Source: Rickettsiales bacterium
GTDB taxonomy: Bacteria > Pseudomonadota > Alphaproteobacteria > Rickettsiales > UBA3002
DNA: 33,900 bases
Reading direction: 5' to 3'
Assembly (NCBI GenBank): GCA_947441895.1
Contig: CANEUT010000002.1
Span: 1-33,900 of the forward strand
The notes beneath the pieces were generated by a model, which did no database searches, had not been told where the DNA came from, and worked only from the letters and a program-made list of their open reading frames with translations. The position numbers were made by a program, and so were the translations under genes. Positions 1 through 10,000 of the stretch are shown in pieces (within the stretch, counting starts at the first letter, position 1; every line of letters starts with the position of its first letter).

Positions 1-603
1 AGAATCTATAAGAACGGGGAATCCGCCGAGTGGACATATCTGCGCTGTTGGAAGCCTGACGATGCTGAGAAAATCATGTGGGTCAGAGAAGACAGCGTGC
101 TGGAACAGGTTGCCGATATTTTCAATCACCTCGGGATCAAAAATCCTGAGATGCTTCAGAATGTCGTGGATTACATCAAGGAAACCAACCGCGCTAAAAA
201 GGCGTTTCATAATCAGGAAGTCGGGCAGCTGAAAAAGCAGCATACCGAGATTCAGGACAAACTCGACAGGTTGGTGGATTTACGGCTGGAGGGGGAGATC
301 ACCAAGGAGGAGTTTGAAACCAAGAAGAACCGACTGAAGGATCGGCAGTACGAACTCGACCAATTGATCCTGACGTACGACAAAGCAGACGACCAGTTCA
401 CAAAGACGCTCTGTGCCTTGCTTACCATCGCTTCGGACAGTGATAAAATCTGGTTAGGTTCGACGATTTCGGAAAAACGCGAGTTGCTGAATTTCGTATT
501 TGCGAACCTACAGCTAAAAGGTGCAACCCTTTGTTATGAATTAAGAAAACCATTTGATAAGATGCTCAATCAAGCTGATTGTATCAAATGGCGGAAGCTG
601 TGA
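1..603 (+). CDS. recombinase, C-terminal portion (5' end outside the window); resembles the coiled-coil/C-terminal region of large serine recombinases
   Basis: Frame 1 is open from base 1 (RIYKNGESAEWTYLRCWKPDDAEKI precedes the listed Met at 76) to TGA at 601-603. A charged heptad-like stretch (QLKKQHTEIQDKLDRLVDLRLEGEITKEEFETKKNRLKDRQYELDQL) is followed by an EKRELLNFVFANLQLKG tail. The catalytic domain is not in the window, so the family call rests on resemblance only. The last 15 nt overlap the 3' end of tRNA-Ser. Confidence 0.55.
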   Translation, partial: RIYKNGESAEWTYLRCWKPDDAEKIMWVREDSVLEQVADIFNHLGIKNPEMLQNVVDYIKETNRAKKAFHNQEVGQLKKQHTEIQDKLDRLVDLRLEGEITKEEFETKKNRLKDRQYELDQLILTYDKADDQFTKTLCALLTIASDSDKIWLGSTISEKRELLNFVFANLQLKGATLCYELRKPFDKMLNQADCIKWRKL

Positions 604-678
604 GATTCGAACTCACGGAGGAGTTGCCCCCTCGGCAGTTTTCAAGACTGCTGCCTTAAACCACTCGGCCAAGCTTCC
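589..678 (-). tRNA. tRNA-Ser (anticodon UGA), class II, CCA encoded
   Basis: The reverse complement reads GGAAGCTTGGCCGAGTGGTTTAAGGCAGCAGTCTTGAAAACTGCCGAGGGGGCAACTCCTCCGTGAGTTCGAATCTCACAGCTTCCGCCA. It has acceptor stem GGAAGCT/AGCTTCC and anticodon stem GCAGT/ACTGC around loop CTTGAAA (anticodon TGA). It also has a long variable arm, T arm GTGAG-TTCGAAT-CTCAC and a 3' GCCA. Confidence 0.9.
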
Positions 679-720
679 GTATAAAATTTGCCTTTCGGCG
701 ACCTTAAAACCTTCCAACCT

Positions 721-767
721 TCACCCGTTTTCAAGACCGGTTCCTTAAACCACTCGGCCACCTGTCC
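721..767 (-). pseudogene. 5' half of a second tRNA-Ser(UGA) (acceptor 5' strand through anticodon arm), lacking T arm and 3' acceptor strand
   Basis: The reverse complement reads GGACAGGTGGCCGAGTGGTTTAAGGAACCGGTCTTGAAAACGGGTGA. The D arm is identical to the intact tRNA-Ser and the same CTTGAAA anticodon loop is present. The acceptor strand is different (GGACAGG), and no GTTCGAATC T arm or complementary 3' strand follows. Confidence 0.6.
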
Positions 768-830
768 GTTTAAACCGTGGGGAGTGGCCTCACGGTTTAA
801 TGAGTTGTCTTCATGCGCCAGACGGCTGGC

Positions 831-863
831 ACTCGGCCACCTGTCCATTCCATGCGAAACGTG
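831..863 (-). repeat. 33-bp direct repeat, copy 1: tRNA-Ser 5' fragment (GGACAGGTGGCCGAGT) plus 17 nt of its upstream flank
   Basis: ACTCGGCCACCTGTCCATTCCATGCGAAACGTG is identical to 993-1025. It shares the GGACAGGTGGCCGAGTGG start with the fragment at 721-767. Confidence 0.8.
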
Positions 864-874
864 CATAGGATATT

Positions 875-901
875 TGCCGCCTCGCGGCAACGGCAGTTTT
901 T
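875..901 (+). terminator. possible intrinsic terminator (weak)
   Basis: Stem TGCCG (875-879) pairs with CGGCA (891-895), with an inner TTGCCGC/GCGGCAA pairing option. It is followed by G then TTTTT (897-901). No obvious + strand gene ends immediately upstream. Confidence 0.3.
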
Positions 902-965
902 CTTGCTGTTGACTGCTGCGTGGATTCGGGTCTGCTGACCCTCACCCTGCGGGCGCTTCGCGTCC

Positions 966-985
966 AAAATGCCTGCTGGCATTTT
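966..985. terminator. symmetric A/T-flanked hairpin, possible bidirectional terminator
   Basis: AAAATGCC-TGCT-GGCATTTT is a perfect 8-bp inverted repeat. Only 3 G:C pairs, so it is a weak hairpin. Confidence 0.3.
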
Positions 986-992
986 GCAAACC

Positions 993-1025
993 ACTCGGCC
1001 ACCTGTCCATTCCATGCGAAACGTG
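993..1025 (-). repeat. 33-bp direct repeat, copy 2: tRNA-Ser 5' fragment plus upstream flank
   Basis: Identical to 831-863. Here the tRNA-like part extends to GGACAGGTGGCCGAGTGGTTTG and then diverges into a hairpin (966-985). Confidence 0.8.
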
Positions 1026-1041
1026 AGGAAAAAACCTCACG
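1022..1041 (-). terminator. probable intrinsic terminator of the PEBP gene
   Basis: On the minus strand, CGTGAGG-TTTTTT-CCTCACG (7-bp perfect stem) is followed by TTTCG. It lies 13 nt after the stop codon at 1054-1056. Confidence 0.5.
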
Positions 1042-1053
1042 ATCATTTCTTCC

Positions 1054-1710
1054 TTACTGCCCCGCGTGCGGATTATAAAGCGTATATGTGCCCACCACTT
1101 CACCTTTTGCCAACGTATGTTTCATGGCGGCGGCGCGCACCTGCTTGGCGGTGGCATTCTCGGGCAGCCTCAGGCTTCGCACATCCAGCGCCCGCACCTC
1201 AAAATGGTAATGGTGCAGCCGTTCGTCGTTCCATGGCGGGCAGGGGCCGCCATATTCATGCACATCGGCATAACCGGCAAGATCGCTGGCGGCGGGCATG
1301 GCAATGGTAATTTCGCGGTCACCACCGGGCAGGCCCTTAATTTTGCGGGGAATATCGGCCAGACCCCAGTGATAGAAAACCTGCCGCTTTGCATCGGGGG
1401 CAATGGTGACGCCCTCTTTTCCGGCATGGCTGAAATCAGCCGGCACATCGGGGTCGAACATGGTGACCACAAACGATTTGGTATCTTTTGGTGCACCCGA
1501 CCAGTTAATAGCGGGGCGAAAATTCTCACCTTTTTCGCTTTTGCCATCCTCCGTCGCCTTGCACAGCGCAAACGTGGCGGGAATGGGTTTGCCGTGGGTG
1601 ATGCCCTCCACGGTGACCTTCAATTTGGCAGGTTTAAGCGGTGCGGCGGCGTGGGCTGTGCCTGCAAAAGCAAGGGCACACGCAATGGCAGTGCGGAACA
1701 TAAAACGCAT
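1054..1710 (-). CDS. YbhB/YbcL-family PEBP (Raf-kinase-inhibitor-like) protein, secreted/periplasmic
   Basis: 218 aa with an N-terminal signal peptide (MRFMFRTAIACALAFAGTAHA). PEBP signatures are DPDVP, YHWGLADIP and GPCPP...HHYHFEVRALD. GAGGAAG lies 5 nt upstream of the ATG. Confidence 0.85.
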   Translation of the reverse strand: MRFMFRTAIACALAFAGTAHAAAPLKPAKLKVTVEGITHGKPIPATFALCKATEDGKSEKGENFRPAINWSGAPKDTKSFVVTMFDPDVPADFSHAGKEGVTIAPDAKRQVFYHWGLADIPRKIKGLPGGDREITIAMPAASDLAGYADVHEYGGPCPPWNDERLHHYHFEVRALDVRSLRLPENATAKQVRAAAMKHTLAKGEVVGTYTLYNPHAGQ

Positions 1711-1948
1711 GATAACTTCCTCATATTCGGGTAGGTTGCTTCACTAGCGGTTTTATAAAACAAATTCAATCGCTGGATTGGGGCTTGCCAAGCGCCATTG
1801 GTTCCAGTAGATAGCTCCCTCTTTTGAAACAGGGGCGCTTTAAGTGCCTTGTTTTGGTGACGCGGGGTGGCGTAAGTCCCTCGAAGCGTTGCGAAGGGGG
1901 AAGCAGCCCTAATAATCTGTTTCCGGCATAGCCGGTATTTATTGGTGA

Positions 1949-2025
<77 letters not shown>

Positions 2026-2184
2026 ACCCATTGATTTCAAGATATCCCAAGAAGTTCCAAAACCCAAATATTTTCATAGGGTTATCCGATATTCGTTGTC
2101 CCACTGATTTCCAGGGTTAACCGGTTTGTACCCTGCTTTTTAGGGTACGGGATAGGGTGCAGCATTGTGGTTCGGAGAATTGGG

Positions 2185-3714
2185 CTACCCTCTACCCTCG
2201 CTGGCGCTATCAATGGGGAATCTTGCTACAGTGCCTCGCGCTTCCATTTCCCGCTTTTTCATTTCGCCTGCCAGCACACCGGGAATGGTTGGTGTATCGT
2301 TGATGCTTATCAGCGATTTGCTCAAGGGTTTGAAGCCTTTCCCGACAAGCTGCTCTGCCGCACGGTAGAGGGCGCCAGCACGCTCGCGAGTATAGTAGCG
2401 CTCATCGACCGAGGCGGGATCCTGTTTGCCTAACAGGTCTGCTTTATACTCTAGCTCACGCACACGCATCCCTTCCAATTCCTGCACGGGGATAAGATGA
2501 GGATCGCTGGTGGGTGAAGCAGGATTACGGTCAATGATTGCGGGGGCAAGTCCTACATGGTCTTCCGCACTCGGGGTGAATTGTCGTGCAATAGAGCGGT
2601 AAGTGAAGCGAGCAGCAGCTTTAGCCAGCTCCTTCTCGGCGCTGGTTTTTGCTATTTCAAACAAGTCTGGCAATCGTTTCTCGACGCGCTGAATACTGGA
2701 TATCACTTCGTGATCGCTAGAAAGGTCGAGCCGTGCAAATTGAGTGTATTTACCATCTGGGTGCAGACGACGCGAGAGTGCATCGGTCGAACTATCCGCT
2801 GCATTGCGTTGTAAATAGCGCTGTCCCTCGACGGATTCGAGGGTTTTTACGAAAGGATGTAAGAAGGTGCCTTCCATCTCAGTACGGTGATACACGTCCA
2901 TCAGGTTTTTGGTCTCGGGCGCAAGTGTTAACGGAAAATCAGGCAGCTGCGAAATTTCGTCCATGCTTTTCTCAATCGCTACCATGCGCGTTTTAATGCG
3001 TGCAACAAGGGGGGCATCACCGTTTTTCGTATCCACAGGTGTATCCAGTGCGGCATCGCGTATCTGGGCGATATATTGATGAAAAAGCTCAGGCTTTCCC
3101 TGCTCAATTGCATATACCGCGAGTTGGCAGCAGAAGGGGAAGATGCGATCCTCGACCGCATTTTTCTTTTGCCTAATAATAGCTGCATCAGCTGGCGCCA
3201 TATTGAACATATCGGACGCAGTGGTCAGCTCGAAGATGGTTTCACCCATATCGTGAATCCAGGCACCGAGCAGCGCATCGCGGCGCAGCTTATTGGTAGC
3301 GTCTGACATGGTGTTTTTAAATATCGCGCCACTATTTTCGAACACTGTTTGGACAATATTCATCACCTGCTTGCTGTGGCCTGCGGTGCTGTCGGCACGC
3401 ATGGGAGGCATATTATTCATGCCTACAAAACGCGGTACTTCGGCCAGCGCATGGTCGATGAGGCTCAGCATCATCAGGCTGCGGTCATGGCCATCGGTTG
3501 GCAGGCCAATATCCAGCCCCGCATTCATGCTGGCGTTAAAGCAATACCAGCCCCGCCAGGGCATGGTTTTTGCGGCATAACCAGTGCGCTTAAAAATAAA
3601 GTCCCGACGATTGGATGTTCCTTGCGGAAAACGGTTCGGGTTCTGTGCATCATTGATACAAAAATCCTCAAGCTCTTGGGGCTTAAATGCTGCGCTTGCA
3701 GATATTTTTTTCAT
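2185..3714 (-). CDS. HD-domain phosphohydrolase (YfbR-like/HD_3-type core) with long N- and C-terminal extensions
   Basis: 509 aa. The metal-binding pattern is ...STAGHSKQVMNIV...(about 40 aa)...LLGAWIHDMGETIFELTTASDMF...KKNAVEDRIF, i.e. H...HD...D/E as in YfbR-type 5'-deoxynucleotidases. The HD codons lie at 3250-3255. The rest of the protein has no motif I recognise. Confidence 0.7.
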   Translation of the reverse strand: MKKISASAAFKPQELEDFCINDAQNPNRFPQGTSNRRDFIFKRTGYAAKTMPWRGWYCFNASMNAGLDIGLPTDGHDRSLMMLSLIDHALAEVPRFVGMNNMPPMRADSTAGHSKQVMNIVQTVFENSGAIFKNTMSDATNKLRRDALLGAWIHDMGETIFELTTASDMFNMAPADAAIIRQKKNAVEDRIFPFCCQLAVYAIEQGKPELFHQYIAQIRDAALDTPVDTKNGDAPLVARIKTRMVAIEKSMDEISQLPDFPLTLAPETKNLMDVYHRTEMEGTFLHPFVKTLESVEGQRYLQRNAADSSTDALSRRLHPDGKYTQFARLDLSSDHEVISSIQRVEKRLPDLFEIAKTSAEKELAKAAARFTYRSIARQFTPSAEDHVGLAPAIIDRNPASPTSDPHLIPVQELEGMRVRELEYKADLLGKQDPASVDERYYTRERAGALYRAAEQLVGKGFKPLSKSLISINDTPTIPGVLAGEMKKREMEARGTVARFPIDSASEGRG

Positions 3715-3957
3715 ACTGGCTCATCTAAAGATTTTTTGGGTATCGTAGTGATGAAGTTCCCCGTACAACTGCCGCATGTTAGCAATTCGAAGAGTTCCTG
3801 TGTGTGAAGGTTTTGCGACATTTTGGGTTGGGGTGGTGAAAGCAAGCGCCCCCTTATCTCTCATGGCGGGCATACGATGAATGCGTCAGTTTGATGACAA
3901 CTGGTTTGCATTATTTACATGTGGTCTAGGCGTTTTGGCACACAGGGTTTCTTAAAA

Positions 3958-3973
3958 TTGTAACATTTTACAA
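3958..3973. promoter_or_regulatory. palindrome TTGTAA-N4-TTACAA in the divergent control region, candidate operator
   Basis: A perfect 6-bp inverted repeat lies 43 nt upstream of the giant ORF start, inside the 301-bp intergenic region shared with the HD gene. Confidence 0.3.
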
Positions 3974-4015
3974 GCGTTGTTTGTGCTAAGCTCATGGCAT
4001 AGGTAGGGAATCTGC

Positions 4016-7000
4016 ATGGCTTTGTTTCACGATGTCACTGCTGACTATGTTGAGCGTCCGCGCAAAGCGGCGGATGGGGCCTCTGCGCTACAAATGAGCC
4101 GCGAAGAGTTAAAGCAGCTTCACGAGAGCGGCTTGGGCGTTGCGGATACGGAAACTACCGGTCTCAAATCAGGCGAAAATGGGCTGACGGAACCAGCAGT
4201 CATTCGTGCCATGACGATTGGCGAAATCAAAGCCTACAATCGAGAGGCTAAGCGGCAAGGGTTGCCGGCGGATCAGCGTATTCCCGTGCCGCGCGGTTAT
4301 GCGGATAGCGAGCTACGCCTCATCGCGCTGCAGCATTTTGTGCTGCCAAACCGGCCGATGATCCATGACCGAGAAGACGGTCATGAACTGCCGCGCGGAT
4401 CCTATAACAGCGACCGACAGAAAGCATTTGAGTATGATATTAGTGCCTATGCGCTGGGTGTCACCGGCGCGGAGGTAGTGCGCGAGAAAGGCTATGGACC
4501 GCTGACAGACCTAAAAATTCACGGCAAGAAGGTGGAAACATTGCCGAGCTTTGTACCGCTAATGCAGAGCTTTTTACTGTTTACAGGCAAGTCAGACGTT
4601 GGTCCCAAGCAAGGCGTCGCCTATTTCAATTCTCCCTTTGATATCCCATTCCTGCGCGAATTATTTGTCGACGCGATGGCCTATGATGCAGCAAAGAAAA
4701 ACGAGCATCGCCATCATGAGCGCGCAGTTAATCGGCGTTTGCCGCAGGAGCTTGATATTGATTATCATGCTGAAACCACTACGCCGGAACAGCGCGCAAA
4801 AATCATCACGCACATTAAAAAACGCCTGCTGGATAGCGGAATTGCGCAGGAGAAAATGGCGGAATATTTTGCCCCCGCCCGCTGGCACTGTGTGCTACAA
4901 TCCTACCGCGCAGCTCATCCTGAACTGGCTGGCCATACGCTGGATGGGCTGATGAAAACAGCCGGGCTTGCGGAAGGCGATCGCGGTGCCCACTCGGCGA
5001 TTGAGGATGTGGTACTCACCGCGCGGGGTATGCTGCATCTGCTGGGGGAAGCGAAGCTGGGGCAGAATAATTTACCGGCCATGGGTGAATTACCTGGCAT
5101 GATTTTGCGCCGCAGCCATGGTGCGGGAGCAAGCAGCCACGCCGCTGAGAATGGCCGCGATGTGGTCATCACCCTGCCACATGGTAAAACCCCGCATGCC
5201 AAAGCAGTGGAGCATTGGTTACGCAGCTTTAATCGAGCCAACCCAGCCGACGAGCGGGACCCGGCGCTGAACCCGCACGGCAAGCCATGGTTCAGTCAAT
5301 TCATCGAGAATGAACAGGGTTTAAAAATCGTTGCTTCCGGTGCGGAAAAACGTCCCCTGTTTTTGTCGTTCACCAAACATCTCGGTGTCGCCTCGCATCT
5401 GCTGGATGGACGATACCCATGGCTAACCGCGCTGGAGGCGAACGACAAGCCTGGCACCTACGTGGATGTGACGGTGAATGGCGAGCACCTGCATGACGTG
5501 CCATGGAACATTTTGCGCCGTAATGTGGCTTATCTCGATAAACAACCCGCCAGCGAACGCGTTGAAATGCTGAAATTTCTTCGTGATATTGGAAAAGCCA
5601 CTGACGCACTCGGTGGCGTACTGCTGCGTGAGGAAAATGGCGTTCGTTACCTGCGCCTTTATGGCCATGTGCGCCAGCATGGCACGGTGGATATTCCGTG
5701 GCCTAAAAACGTACATCTCGCGGATGCGCAGAAAATCGTGTTCGACAATCTTGAACAGGCCGTGCGTCTTGGCATTACGCCGCATGCAGTCCGCAGTGAA
5801 TTAATGTCATCAGGCGAGGTCGAGGACGATGGCGTGCAAGACGATGATCATAAGCGCATCGTGGCAGAAAAAAAATATTCTTCCACCACGCTGGATATTA
5901 TTTCACCGCCAGATGGTAGGGCGCACATTCACCGCGAAATAACACCCGCTTTATTTCAGCTTTTTAAGGCGGGTCTGCCGTCGGACGCGCGTCATGGCAG
6001 CTTCAATCGCACGATCGATACGGTGAAATACGGCAAGCACTACACGATTGCGGTGAATAAAGTAACGCACGGATCGGACAGTTTTATTACACTTGATGGG
6101 CCACCGGAGGCCTTCGATGCATTCGTGGCGCGCCAAAAGCCTGATAGAACCTACGAGCCAATAGCAGAAAAACCGACCAATATTCTGACCGATGCAGGAT
6201 GGCTGCTCGACCGATTGCAGAAAACCCCCGGTGTGCCGAAGGATGGGGTTGAGGTAACAGCGAATAACCGCATCATCGTTCACCAGCCGCAAGGCATTAG
6301 TAGTGATGCACTGGCGCTGATGCATCATATTGGCATTCCTCACCGTGCGGCGGAGAAAGAAATCCGCTTTTCCGCCGGTGCACTGATGCAGGATGCCTTC
6401 ACCTGGTCGCTCGATATTTCACGAGCGCTAAAAAATAAAGCCTATGAAAAGGAGATGGGGGCGAATTCCATCGTCCCCAGCATCGTCAAAGGACTAAAAG
6501 ACATGAGCGAGAAGGGCGAAAGCCATAAACGCCTCGACCATGCGAAGTTCGACCCCATGCTGGGGCTACAATTGCATTACAAACCACGCAGTAGTGAGGC
6601 AGCTGAGATTATCCGTATTCCAGTAGATAAGATGCTGGCGCGGACGCTTCCCATTGGTCGTCGCCGCGTGCAACGTGTGTTTGCGCGGCTCATGCATTCT
6701 CCTAAAAAGATCGAATCCGCAAATGAGGAAATGCGTTGGGAGGTTACTTTAACACCGCTGGAACAGACGATGCTTGGCCATGCACTGGCGGAAGTTGGCA
6801 CAAGCGTAACGTGGCGGCATAACGCAAAGGGCGACCCCTGTTTCGTGATTACCGAGAGCGAACTTTCTTCGCGTGGCAACCCAATTTACCTTGCCATGCA
6901 AACGATGTCCGACCAGCTTGCGACACTGACAGAATCAACGGATGTCCCGGAATGGTATTTCAGTGCCCACCCCGAGTTGAATGGTGATCGCATTGCTTTG

Positions 7001-10000
7001 CAGCTACCCGCGCGGCCTCTGTTTGAAGCCTCTGCCGCCCCGGTTTATCAGGGTATTAGAAGTTATTTGCGCCGCATGGAACATGGTGGAGCGGGTGGCG
7101 ACAGCCTTAATAAGGGCCTGTCGCGCATCATGGGTGAGCGCAGCGGCAAAGGTGGATCGGTGCTGAAGCAGTTGGATTACGCGCTGCGTCGCGACTCGGA
7201 TGCCCAGCTTTCGATCCTGCTGAATGTCGTGGAGCAGGAAGCGCCCAAGCTACAGGCGTTACATAAACACACGCTCGATCTGGCGCGCAACATCGCACCT
7301 TCAGACAAACCCAGCCTTAAGCGAGAACTGGCGCTGAATCAGGAGATGCTGAAAGACCGCATCTGGGTGGCACACATCATTGCCGCGTGCGATGCAATGG
7401 CAGAAAAAGAGCCGGCACAGGCTGCGAATTGGATGGAAATTCGCCACAAGGCAACTGGCGTTGCTGATAAAATGGCGATTGCCATCCATGGCGCAGACCG
7501 ACTACGCGAGGCGCTGAATACCGGCGCACACACCATCGCTAATGACGGCTCACATTGGCGCAGTAGCCTTGTGGGCGCGAGTGTGAATGCACGGCTAGAT
7601 ATACTGGAGAAAGTGTATATTGAGGCAGCGCAAACGCATACACCGAATCTGGTGGAGAAATACGTCGAGAAGCAGCGCGCAACGCTGGAGCAGTTTGGCA
7701 TGCAGCAAGAGGATAAGCTGGCGGGGCTGTTGCACCCCTACCATGCGCATGCGGCGCTGCGCCTTGCCGTGCTGCATACGGTGGAACGTGATCCGCAGCG
7801 TAAACATCTGCTCGCACGCGCAGCAACCGTTGCGCTAAAAGACGCCTATGGCTTTGCACCCGATAAATCCGCTGAGTTTTTAAGGCTCTACGAAACGATC
7901 GCCGATCCGGCATCCAATCCCGCGCAATGCAAGCAAGCGGGCGAGGTGTTTGTTGCTGGTATTCCAAGTTTCAACGAAGATGCCTATTGGCTGCCGATGC
8001 AATTGTTCGGCAAGGCGAAAGAAGGCGATCTGACTAAATCCCAGCGCGCAGAGCTACCTGCTATCATCGCCAAAGAGGTAAAAAAAGCGTATCATGAGGT
8101 AGGGCTAGCGCATCTCTACCTCGCGGCGGAAATGGCGGCGGAGCTGGAGATCGTGCGCAAAGAATTAGCGCACAAAAAACCTCGGCAGGCAAAGAATGCA
8201 GGCGTGCGCGAGAAGACATTGGAAATCGGATTGCAGCACCAGAAATCCGAAATGCTGCGCTGTTATGCAGCAAGCGGCTTTAGCACGAAGAACGCGGAAG
8301 CTGAGTTACGTGGAAAAACCCGCGCTGCCATCGAAAAACGTCCGGATTTCCTTTTACAGATGAAGAAGCATAAGGAATTTTTAAAACTTCGTGAGAATCA
8401 ACCGAAGCTGGTGGAATATAATGCCAAGCAGCAGGAAGCTATTTTGCGCGCCGCCATTACACAGGAAGGTGGGCAGAAGCGGCTGGAAGAATTTTATCAG
8501 CATAAACTGGTAGAGGAAACATCCCTTGCCAAGCAGGTGCGGGCCGTTGCTGTCAACCACCCGGATTTTGAAGCATCGCGCGCACAGGTAAATAAAGCGG
8601 CTATTCTTACAGCTAAAAATCACATGGTGGCCGAGCTGGATGATCTGGGCAAAATCGAATATCACACACGGCGCGATTTAGAGGCACTTGGGCTACTGTT
8701 GCAAGATATGGCAGTGAAGCTGCATCCCCAACTCGAAGCCACGCCAATTAAGCCGCAGCGGATGGATTTGCCCGAATTTCAGGGCTTGGCCAAGAACCCA
8801 ATTCCTGAACTCCGCGCGGCGGCGGAAAAACTCGATCGCCTGTCGTTGCACCAAGCGAAGGCAAAAATCAGCCCGAGTGAGCAGGTAACAAAGGAGGAAT
8901 ATAAGCAGCGTAGGATTTATCATTCGCTTGGCGCACTGGTAAATAAACCAGTCGACCATGTGTTGGGTGGCGCCGCTGGACCCTTGTCCCAACAAATCGA
9001 TAGCATAAAAAATACCATACCGGATTATTTCGTGCTCGATACCAGCGCGATTATTGGCTATTTCGACGTGCTACGCCATGATACCGCTCGCCCTCGTGAC
9101 ACACACGGCACGAAGCCGGATTTTGTTGGTTATCACGGCAATTTGCTGCGCCGATTGCAGGCGCTCGCTATGCCACAAGCCCATGGCACCATGCCATTGC
9201 GCATCCCCGATTATGTATTTTATGAACTCAGCGGCCTCATGCCACCAATGCTGCAAAGTGCAACAAAACATTTTGCCGCGATTGAGAAAAGTTATGCCCC
9301 GAAGCTGGAAAAAGCCCGGGGCACACGGCATGAAACATTGTTGCGCGATAAAGCCCGTGAATATCAGACGAAAATCGATGATCTCGTCGATTGGTCCATT
9401 CGCCTCGATCGGCGTCGACCACTGGATCTTAAAAGCAGCATTGGCGACCGGGTGGAGGAGTTGAATCAGCTTTTTACCATCTTCGCTTACCACCCCGAGG
9501 TGATGCTGCCCACAAAAGTTGGTACCGATTTCCAACAAAGCGCACGGGTGGAAAGTGCCGTCGTCGCGGGCATTGGGATGATCAATCGTCCGGTGACGCC
9601 CACTTATTATCGTGATGAAATAGCCAAACTAAGGATCGCTATCGCTGCGGATAAAGCTCAGCTGAAAGCAAAGCCATCCCTTGCCAATTACACGCTTTCC
9701 TTCAACGATCTGCTACAAACACCTGGGCTTGATTTTGATATCAAGCATCTGCGCATCCATTGGGGGCAGATGTATTTCATGGGGCTGATTGACGAGCATC
9801 AATATCGTAATTTCATGCGCAACATAAGCGGTGCAAAAGAAGCCAATGAACAGGGGCACGACAATAACTCGCGCTTTGTCACTTATGGCAGTCTTGTGAA
9901 CCGTACGAAGGAAACGGGGCTGACAGGATCAGGGCTGGTGAACGCAGTGAGAAATGCCCGATCTGCGCAAGTACAGGATGGCTCAAAGGAAGAAATGGTA

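Noticed and set aside
905-1008. Possible complete tRNA (Ser or Sec) starting GGACAGGTGGCCGAGTGGTTTG on the minus strand
   Set aside because: After about 22 nt the sequence runs into an A/T-flanked hairpin. There is no anticodon arm, no GTTCGAATC-type T loop and no 3' strand complementary to GGACAGG.
831-1025. CRISPR-like appearance of the exact 33-bp repeats
   Set aside because: There are only two copies, separated by 129 nt, and they are clearly derived from a tRNA 5' end. No cas genes and no array regularity are present.
1066-1734. 222-aa + strand ORF (and the 133-aa and 114-aa ORFs nearby) overlapping the PEBP gene
   Set aside because: It is an antisense shadow of a well-supported gene. 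It has Gly/His/Arg-rich low-complexity composition, no RBS and no recognisable motifs.
3715-4015. SOS (LexA) boxes in the island control region and upstream of the S24 gene (15889-16062)
   Set aside because: No CTGT-N8-ACAG or GTTC-N7-GTTC/GAAC-N7-GTTC match was seen by eye. Only the unrelated TTGTAA-N4-TTACAA palindrome is present.
9020-9240. Interpreting the PIN-like segment as a VapC-type toxin of a toxin-antitoxin pair
   Set aside because: It is embedded deep inside a 2500-aa ORF. No small antitoxin ORF precedes it, and the motif match is partial.
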